Of a stretch of 64,000 nt of DNA, positions 57,844-64,000 are shown one piece after another. How positions within the stretch are numbered: the first letter of the stretch is position 1; the number at the start of each line of letters is the position of its first letter. The stretch spans positions 1 to 64,000 of the forward strand of contig JAOUFI010000003.1 in assembly GCA_029858305.1 (NCBI GenBank), written 5' to 3'. The translations under genes and the position numbers were made by a program. The notes under the pieces are model-generated. The model was not told the origin of the DNA. It worked only from the letters and a program-made list of their open reading frames with translations, and made no database searches. Origin of the DNA: Candidatus Thorarchaeota archaeon. GTDB lineage: Archaea > Asgardarchaeota > Thorarchaeia > Thorarchaeales > Thorarchaeaceae.

Positions 57844-58494
57844 TTGAAATTCTTCATAGATACTGCCAATGTTGATGAGATTCGAAAGGCTCATGAGAGA
57901 GGAATGGTTGATGGTGTTACCACAAACCCATCACTGGTTGCAAAGGAAGGAAGAGATTTTCGCAAGATTATTGATGAGATTGCATCGTTTGTAGAAGGAC
58001 CGATCAGTCTTGAGGTCATCAGCGAAGATTCAGAAGGAATGATGAAAGAAGCCAGAGAGCTAAACAGCTGGATTGACAATGCAGCCATTAAGATACCCAT
58101 GACCTGGGAAGGTCTGAAGGCAGTCAAGCAGTGCGCAGATGAGGGTATCCAGACAAACGTCACACTATGCTTCAGCGCAAATCAGGCACTTCTTGCAGCC
58201 AAAGCAGGAGCAACCTTCGTTTCTCCATTCATTGGTAGACTTGATGATGTTGGGCAAACAGGGATGGACTTGATTGAGAGCATTGGTCAAATCTATGCGA
58301 ATTATGGAATTGATACAGAGATTATTGTTGCCAGTATCAGGCATCCGATCCATGTCTATGAAGCAGCACTTATTGGAGCAGATATTGCTACAATTCCTCC
58401 TGCAGTTCTTGATAAAATGGTGAACCATCCACTCACAGATGTTGGTATCAAGAAGTTCCTAGAAGATTGGGAAAAGGTAAAGAAAGCAAAGTGA
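57844..58494 (+). CDS. tal: Transaldolase / fructose-6-phosphate aldolase family
   Basis: [41 protein letters not shown]. Confidence 0.93.
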   Translation: MKFFIDTANVDEIRKAHERGMVDGVTTNPSLVAKEGRDFRKIIDEIASFVEGPISLEVISEDSEGMMKEARELNSWIDNAAIKIPMTWEGLKAVKQCADEGIQTNVTLCFSANQALLAAKAGATFVSPFIGRLDDVGQTGMDLIESIGQIYANYGIDTEIIVASIRHPIHVYEAALIGADIATIPPAVLDKMVNHPLTDVGIKKFLEDWEKVKKAK

Positions 58495-58540
58495 TTGCTA
58501 TCTGTGTTTAATTAAGAACATTAAAGGTAAAGAAGTGGAA

Positions 58541-58569
58541 AGAGGGGATGAAGAGCTCCTCTTTATTTT
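58541..58569 (+). terminator. Weak hairpin + U-tract after tal
   Basis: AGAGGGG...CTCCTCT followed by TTATTTT. Confidence 0.4.
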
Positions 58570-58680
58570 GATTACAGCGCCTTGCCAATTGCTATTAAGA
58601 TGAGAGGAATTATACCGTAAAGATTAATGACAAGAATGATATGCCGTTGCGTTGTCTATCAACACTCTGTGGGAAGGCCT

Positions 58681-60234
58681 ATGAAGATCGAAGCTGACCT
58701 TGTTATCTTTAATGGGAACATCATCACTATGGATCCTCAAAAACCGAATGCCTCAGCTATGGCGGTGAAGAGCTATAAGGTCCTTGCAGTCGGTGAAGAA
58801 GATGCGGTAATCGATCTTGTTCCGGATGCAAAGCGGGTCATCGATCTTGGAGGTAAAACAGTCGTTCCAGGTTTCATTGATTCACACACTCATCTAACTA
58901 GTAGTGGCGTTAAAGAAGCCCATATCAAATTGAACGAGGCCAAATCAATTGATGAGGCTTTACAAAAAATTAGAGAAGAATTGCATCGTTACTCCAATGA
59001 AGAGTGGATACTAGGGTATGGTTGGGATGAAAGCGAGTGGCCGATTAAACGGTATATTGACGGTAAGGATTTAGATAATGTTAGTATGACCCAACCAATT
59101 ATGGTAACAAGAGTAGATGGCCATCTTGCAGCGGTGAATATGATAGGACTGAAGAAACTCGGGATACCATTGAATCAAGAAGGAGTTCAGAAAGACAAGA
59201 AAGGAAAACCAACTGGCATTTTGAAGGATATTGAGGAAGTCTGGGAGAAGGTGAGACCAAGTCCAGAGAAGATACAAAAAGGTGTCAAAGCAGGGAATAA
59301 AATTGCTAATGGGCTAGGTATCACCACTGCTGTTGATAATGCAAGCAGTGGAACTTTGAAGTATATTCGTGAAGTGGAAACTATGGATAAACTCACTACA
59401 CGGATGATAGTGAATTTCCCTGTTGAGCAGATTGACCATCTTATCGCCCTTGGCATGACCTCAGGAATGGGCAGTCCACTCGTAAAAATTGGGGGCGTCA
59501 AGATATTTACTGATGGGTCCATTGGTGCAATGACCGCAGCAGTATCGAGAGGATACAAAACAGATCCCAAGAACAAAGGGATGCTACTCTTTTCAAAAGC
59601 CAAATACAGCAAAATCGTGCGAAAAGCTGTTGAGAATAATATTCAGACTGTTACGCATGCTATTGGAGATGAGGCCATTGAGATGGTCATAACAACCTTC
59701 GAAGACATTGAAGACAAAAGCATACTACGCGACCAACGCCATCGAATTGAACATGCTGAGCTGATAAATGAGTACCAAATTCGGAGAGCTGTAAGTCTTG
59801 GCCTTATCCTTTCGATGCAGCCCAACTTCGTAGGGCGTTGGCAACATGAGGGAGGTCTTTATGATTCGAGGCTGGACGAAGAAACTGTTCGTGGAATGAA
59901 CATGTTCAGGGTTGCACTAGATAATGGTGCCAGATTGTGTTTTGGTTCTGACGGAATGCCGTACGGACCTCTCTATGGCATCTGGTCAGCAACAACTCAC
60001 CCCAACGAGAGAGTTAAACTCACAGTTGAAGAAGCATTACGATGCTATACAATGGAGAGTGCGTATTCTGTTTTCCAAGAGAGCACACTAGGCAGTTTGA
60101 CTGTCGGTAAGAGAGCTGACTTTGTTGTACTATCAGAGAATATTCTGGAGATACCACCAGATAGAATCAAAGATGTAGATATTGATATGACAGTTGTTGG
60201 AGGTATCGTCGAATATTCCGCAGCGAAACTCTGA
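58681..60234 (+). CDS. Metal-dependent amidohydrolase (YtcJ/Amidohydro_3)
   Basis: PGFIDSHTH, KIFTDGSIG, HAIGD, HRIEHAE, FGSD; start probably ATG 58681. Confidence 0.92.
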   Translation: MKIEADLVIFNGNIITMDPQKPNASAMAVKSYKVLAVGEEDAVIDLVPDAKRVIDLGGKTVVPGFIDSHTHLTSSGVKEAHIKLNEAKSIDEALQKIREELHRYSNEEWILGYGWDESEWPIKRYIDGKDLDNVSMTQPIMVTRVDGHLAAVNMIGLKKLGIPLNQEGVQKDKKGKPTGILKDIEEVWEKVRPSPEKIQKGVKAGNKIANGLGITTAVDNASSGTLKYIREVETMDKLTTRMIVNFPVEQIDHLIALGMTSGMGSPLVKIGGVKIFTDGSIGAMTAAVSRGYKTDPKNKGMLLFSKAKYSKIVRKAVENNIQTVTHAIGDEAIEMVITTFEDIEDKSILRDQRHRIEHAELINEYQIRRAVSLGLILSMQPNFVGRWQHEGGLYDSRLDEETVRGMNMFRVALDNGARLCFGSDGMPYGPLYGIWSATTHPNERVKLTVEEALRCYTMESAYSVFQESTLGSLTVGKRADFVVLSENILEIPPDRIKDVDIDMTVVGGIVEYSAAKL

Positions 60235-60245
60235 GGTGTGATAAT

Positions 60246-62060
60246 ATGGGGAAGGTCAGAGTACTGACCGAGGATCTTGTGTCCTTGATTTCAGCTGGAG
60301 AGGTCATCGAGAATCCTTCTTCTATCGTAAAGGAATTGATTGAGAATTCATTGGATGCAGGAGCAGACATGGTAGATGTAATGATCGAAGGAGGAGGAAT
60401 AAAGACAATCTCGGTTTCAGATAATGGAAGTGGTATCCTCAAGGAGGATTGTCGAATCTGTCTCCAACGTTATTCGACAAGTAAAATCAGTACGAGAGCT
60501 GATCTTGATAGGATAGTTACTTATGGATTCAGAGGGGAAGCGCTTGCAAGCATCGCTTCCGTTGCTGATATAAAGATTGTAACGCGAACAGAGGAAGAAG
60601 AAACAGGAACACTCATTCAGTCTAGGTTTGGAAAAAAACCAACCTACAGCGAGATATCACGTCCAAGAGGGACAACTGTAGAGGTCAGGGATCTGTTCAG
60701 AAATATTGCAGCTCGCCGAAAGCATCTAGCTGATGCAAAGGTAGAATCACAGAGAATCCAGGAGGTTGTGATGAAACATGCAGCTATTCGTCCGGAGATC
60801 GGTTTTCGTCTAATTAGAGATGGAGAAACCATCATCGACAGCCCCCCTAGTCAGACAGCAACAGATAGGATTGCATCTTTATGGGGCAGTGAAATTGCGA
60901 AGGCTCTAATCGATGTCGACTTCGCTGTGGATAATGTAAGAATCCATGGTTTTGTTGCAAGACCTCCCGTATCTCGAGGTAATAGGTCTCGCGAATATTT
61001 CTCAGTGGTCAAGAGACCGGTAACTGATGAGAAGATGAGCCAAGCTCTTGAGTCTGTTTTTTCTACAACCTTGATGAAAGGACAATATCCAATATGCGCG
61101 CTAGATGTTTCAATCGATCTCTCGAAAGTTGATGTCAATGTACATCCAACAAAGAGGGAAGTAAGGATTCTTGACATCAATGAAGTTTGCACAATTTTGA
61201 AAAAAGCGGTTCGTTATTCTTTCGGAGAGCGCGATTTACCGGAAGAGGTAACATCCTTAGAAGATACGATTGGTGAATCTCTTCAGGCAATCTCAACCGA
61301 TATTGTACAAAGTACTACGCCGAGCATGAGCCCAATCTCCCATGAGGATCAGATAGCAGCAGTGCCACTAGTTGAGCAAATGCTACTCAAGCCGATATCT
61401 GATGATGAGCATGAATCTCTCGATGTTGCCATATTAGGCGGAGTCTTCAGAATAATCGGACAGATTCACAATCTCTACATCCTTCTTGAATTCGATGATG
61501 GGCTCTTGATTGTGGATCAGCATGCTGCTCATGAGAGAGTTCTTTATGAGCAACTGCGAAAAGAAATGAATGATGGAACAATAGCCATTCAAGAACTACT
61601 CCAACCCTTTGTACTTAGCTTGAGTCGAAAAGATGCAGAACAGATACTAGGAATCTCAGATATTCTCGATGATATTGGATATACAGTGAGTAGCTTTGGT
61701 GGAAATGATATTTCAATCTCTACACTCCCGGAAATCTTTGGCAGAATAGCATCCGAAAAGGAGCTAATGGCTCTAGTAGACAGGATTATTGATCTTGGGC
61801 AGCATACTGCACGAGAAACCTTCATGGATGAATTAGTCAAAGTAACAGCCTGTCATTCTGCTATACGCTCCGGTCAGCCACTCAATACTGAAGAGATTCG
61901 TAATCTTCTTGTAGATTTGTCAAAGACGAAAAGTAAGTACAATTGTTGTCATGGCAGACCTTCCATGCTCAAGATACTAAAAGATGATATCGATCGCAGT
62001 GTTGGTAGGATGGGACCTGATGCTATTAGTAGATATAGAGCAAGGCATGGTTTGAAATAG
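60246..62060 (+). CDS. mutL: DNA mismatch repair endonuclease MutL
   Basis: ISAGEVIENP, ENSLDAGA, GFRGEALASI, DVNVHPTK, DQHAAHER, ACHSA, CCHGRP. Confidence 0.97.
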   Translation: MGKVRVLTEDLVSLISAGEVIENPSSIVKELIENSLDAGADMVDVMIEGGGIKTISVSDNGSGILKEDCRICLQRYSTSKISTRADLDRIVTYGFRGEALASIASVADIKIVTRTEEEETGTLIQSRFGKKPTYSEISRPRGTTVEVRDLFRNIAARRKHLADAKVESQRIQEVVMKHAAIRPEIGFRLIRDGETIIDSPPSQTATDRIASLWGSEIAKALIDVDFAVDNVRIHGFVARPPVSRGNRSREYFSVVKRPVTDEKMSQALESVFSTTLMKGQYPICALDVSIDLSKVDVNVHPTKREVRILDINEVCTILKKAVRYSFGERDLPEEVTSLEDTIGESLQAISTDIVQSTTPSMSPISHEDQIAAVPLVEQMLLKPISDDEHESLDVAILGGVFRIIGQIHNLYILLEFDDGLLIVDQHAAHERVLYEQLRKEMNDGTIAIQELLQPFVLSLSRKDAEQILGISDILDDIGYTVSSFGGNDISISTLPEIFGRIASEKELMALVDRIIDLGQHTARETFMDELVKVTACHSAIRSGQPLNTEEIRNLLVDLSKTKSKYNCCHGRPSMLKILKDDIDRSVGRMGPDAISRYRARHGLK

Positions 62061-62125
62061 CTCTGAGTACTTTCCATAGATTGACGAAGGTGCATACTGA
62101 TAAGAGAATCTAACCATAGAAAGAA

Positions 62126-62199
62126 TGGCAGTCGATGAGGCTAACAATACTGTCAGAGCCTTGAGCGATGATGAAACGGTGAGCAGCTGAGACTTGCCA
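62126..62199 (+). ncRNA. Candidate archaeal C/D-box sRNA
   Basis: Terminal stem TGGCA/TGCCA; box C-like TCGATGA (62132-38); D' TTGA (62161-64); perfect C' ATGATGA (62168-74); 12-nt spacer; box D CTGA (62187-90). Intergenic between convergent genes. Confidence 0.5.
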
Positions 62200-62211
62200 C
62201 CCTATACACTC

Positions 62212-63249
62212 TCATCTGAGCAATTCATCAACAAGTAAGTCGATTTTGGGAATAATAATCCCTGTTAAATCTTCGAGTCTATCGCGTACACCTTTTATGT
62301 GGTCCACTCTTGACTTAATCATCTCTATGGCATCTGGTCGCATTCCCAACTCATCAGCGCCCAGACTCAATGACGTAGAAATATCAAAAAGACGTCTAAG
62401 AATTGCTGTTACTTCAAAGAATTCAATTTGTTCAACCGGTTTCTGCGCAGCTTTTTCATAGTTTTTGAGAATATCTTCACGCAACTTCATACTACCAAAG
62501 GTCCCAGATAATAGTAAAGTCCAAGCGAGATCCTTACGATAGTCATCAATGCTTGAAGCTCCCCAATCTATTACGTACGGCTTATCACTACTATCAAGAA
62601 GAATGTTGAATGGATGATAATCTCCGTGTGTAATGGATGGTGTAACACTAGAAATACCATCAACTCGTTTCATTAGCCACTCATATATTGGAGTCAATTC
62701 TTTCTTTTGATACTCCTTGAGTGCAATCTTATACCGAGTAAGACGGGAGAAAACTAGACCACGCGTATCGGACAAGGATTGCTTCTCTGAGTCAGTTGCA
62801 AAAGATGTCCAATCTAATCGATGCAAATTCACAAAGAGTCTACAGAAAATTTCCATCCACCTTTTATATTCAAATTCAGAGGCACCTAGTTTTTCATCAA
62901 GAAGCAATCCATCAATTCGCTCCATGAGTATGAATGGATTACCAATAACGCCAGCATCTTTCTCAACGAGATAAACCTCTGGAACAGGATATCCCAAATT
63001 GTAAAGTTGCTTCATCTTTGAAAATTCGGCTAGCGCCTTTGCAGTTGCACCTTTACCAGGGAATATTCGAGCGATAATGCCTTGATCGTGCGATTCGCCA
63101 TTAGATTGCCAATTAAGGTCGAGAGAGATGATTTCTGTTTCCCACCCACTGGTAATATTACGAAGATTGTTGACTTGGAGATTGTTTCTATCTGAATAGT
63201 ATTGGCGAATGTAGTTAATTAACGGTGCAGATTCCATGAAAATACACAT
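62212..63249 (-). CDS. Aminoglycoside phosphotransferase-like (APH/choline kinase family) protein
   Basis: GYPVPEV, ILMERIDG, THGDYHPFNIL, VIDW. Confidence 0.85.
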   Translation of the reverse strand: MCIFMESAPLINYIRQYYSDRNNLQVNNLRNITSGWETEIISLDLNWQSNGESHDQGIIARIFPGKGATAKALAEFSKMKQLYNLGYPVPEVYLVEKDAGVIGNPFILMERIDGLLLDEKLGASEFEYKRWMEIFCRLFVNLHRLDWTSFATDSEKQSLSDTRGLVFSRLTRYKIALKEYQKKELTPIYEWLMKRVDGISSVTPSITHGDYHPFNILLDSSDKPYVIDWGASSIDDYRKDLAWTLLLSGTFGSMKLREDILKNYEKAAQKPVEQIEFFEVTAILRRLFDISTSLSLGADELGMRPDAIEMIKSRVDHIKGVRDRLEDLTGIIIPKIDLLVDELLR

Positions 63250-63280
63250 ATTATTACACTAAATTAGTTATTCCTATCGA

Positions 63281-63328
63281 CAACAAAAAAGAAAGGAAGA
63301 GAGAGGGCTTTCCAAGAAGACCTCTCTA
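63281..63328 (-). terminator. Hairpin + U-tract
   Basis: AGAGAGG...CCTCTCT stem followed on the minus strand by CTTCCTTTCTTTTTTGTTG. Confidence 0.5.
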
Positions 63329-63333
63329 TAGGT

Positions 63334-63999
63334 TTACTTTTTCTTGGTCGACTTCTTCTTTGGCTTAGGTGCAGGTGCTGAAGATCGTCGCCTCATGACT
63401 AATGCGATGATAACTATCAATGCGATAGCTGCACCGCCAATTATGAGTAGAGTCGTTAAATCAAGTGGGAATCCGCCTCCACCTGGAGCTAGCATGTATG
63501 TAATCTCATTTTGCCAGAGCTCAACTCTATCCTCATAGGTTGAATCATCCTCATCAGTTCCGAAGTTATCGATTAGAAAACCATTGAAGAGAGTCTGTTT
63601 GACGTTGCTTACCACAATAGCTGCATTTCCATCTTGGACATCCACAGATATGCCTGCGAGTGCAGTAAAACCGGGTCGAACTGTCATAGCATCTCCATCA
63701 TCACCGAAAAGCACTACGGATGTGTAATTATGCCCTCCATGATCATTTGGTTCTGTGAAGATAGGATGAGAGGCATCCCAAATATACATTGATGGAGTCC
63801 CAGAAAGCGAGGAGGAGTATTCTACGCCTAACTTTGACCAGAGTGGATGTGTTGGATTGTCATCCAAGTTCCAGTAGGTCATGATCAACTTTCCGCCGTC
63901 ATCTGCGTATGCATAGAGTTCATCCAGAATGATAAGTTCCTGCAAATGGTTCACTGCATTGTAGATTATGAGATCCCATGTCTTAGAATCAATGAAGTC
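63334..63999 (-). CDS. Hypothetical surface protein, C-terminal part (TM anchor + Lys-rich tail); 5' end outside window
   Basis: Frame is open to the window end; C-terminus LLIIGGAAIALIVIIALVMRRR...KKKSTKKK. Confidence 0.75.
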   Translation of the reverse strand, partial: DFIDSKTWDLIIYNAVNHLQELIILDELYAYADDGGKLIMTYWNLDDNPTHPLWSKLGVEYSSSLSGTPSMYIWDASHPIFTEPNDHGGHNYTSVVLFGDDGDAMTVRPGFTALAGISVDVQDGNAAIVVSNVKQTLFNGFLIDNFGTDEDDSTYEDRVELWQNEITYMLAPGGGGFPLDLTTLLIIGGAAIALIVIIALVMRRRSSAPAPKPKKKSTKKK

Positions 64000-64000
64000 A

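Noticed and set aside
62134-62164. SECIS element / selenoprotein readthrough
   Set aside because: The stem after ATGA is only 4-5 bp, and no gene in the window shows an in-frame TGA at a Cys position
241-63538. Numerous 60-240 aa antisense or alternate-frame ORFs in the track (e.g. 3299..3703, 30076..30489, 55315..56028)
   Set aside because: They are shadows fully overlapping well-supported genes, with no independent motifs

Overview
Archaeal chromosomal DNA, most consistent with an Asgard archaeon such as Thorarchaeia. This is an inference from GGAGGTG/GAGGTG ribosome-binding sites, a CxxxY-type CcmE, a geranylgeranyl reductase, C-terminally anchored surface glycoproteins, a heliorhodopsin, and MutS/MutL. 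The left ~38 kb is a coherent respiratory/electron-transfer island. It holds a complex-I-like operon (nuoA-J-K-C-D, running off the window) whose NuoB subunit is fused to an FAD-linked oxidase. It also encodes four FAD-oxidoreductase/CCG Fe-S (GlcD/GlcF-HdrD-like) subunit sets and three paralogous surface mono-heme c-type beta-sandwich proteins: one on a 13-repeat Ig-like stalk, one fused to a His-rich membrane domain, and one short. Finally it carries a membrane-anchored multiheme cytochrome with an atypical CxxCM motif, menA, a prenyl synthase, a GG reductase, and a full CcmABCDE+F maturation system. The right ~26 kb is mostly housekeeping and accessory genes: mutS, MFS, aldo/keto reductase, GT87, heliorhodopsin, a tandem nucleotidyltransferase with uvrA, an ABC transporter, rpe, transaldolase, an amidohydrolase, mutL and a kinase. 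It also contains a candidate C/D-box sRNA. No rRNA, tRNA, CRISPR array or transposase was seen. All family assignments come from motif recognition by eye, not database searches.
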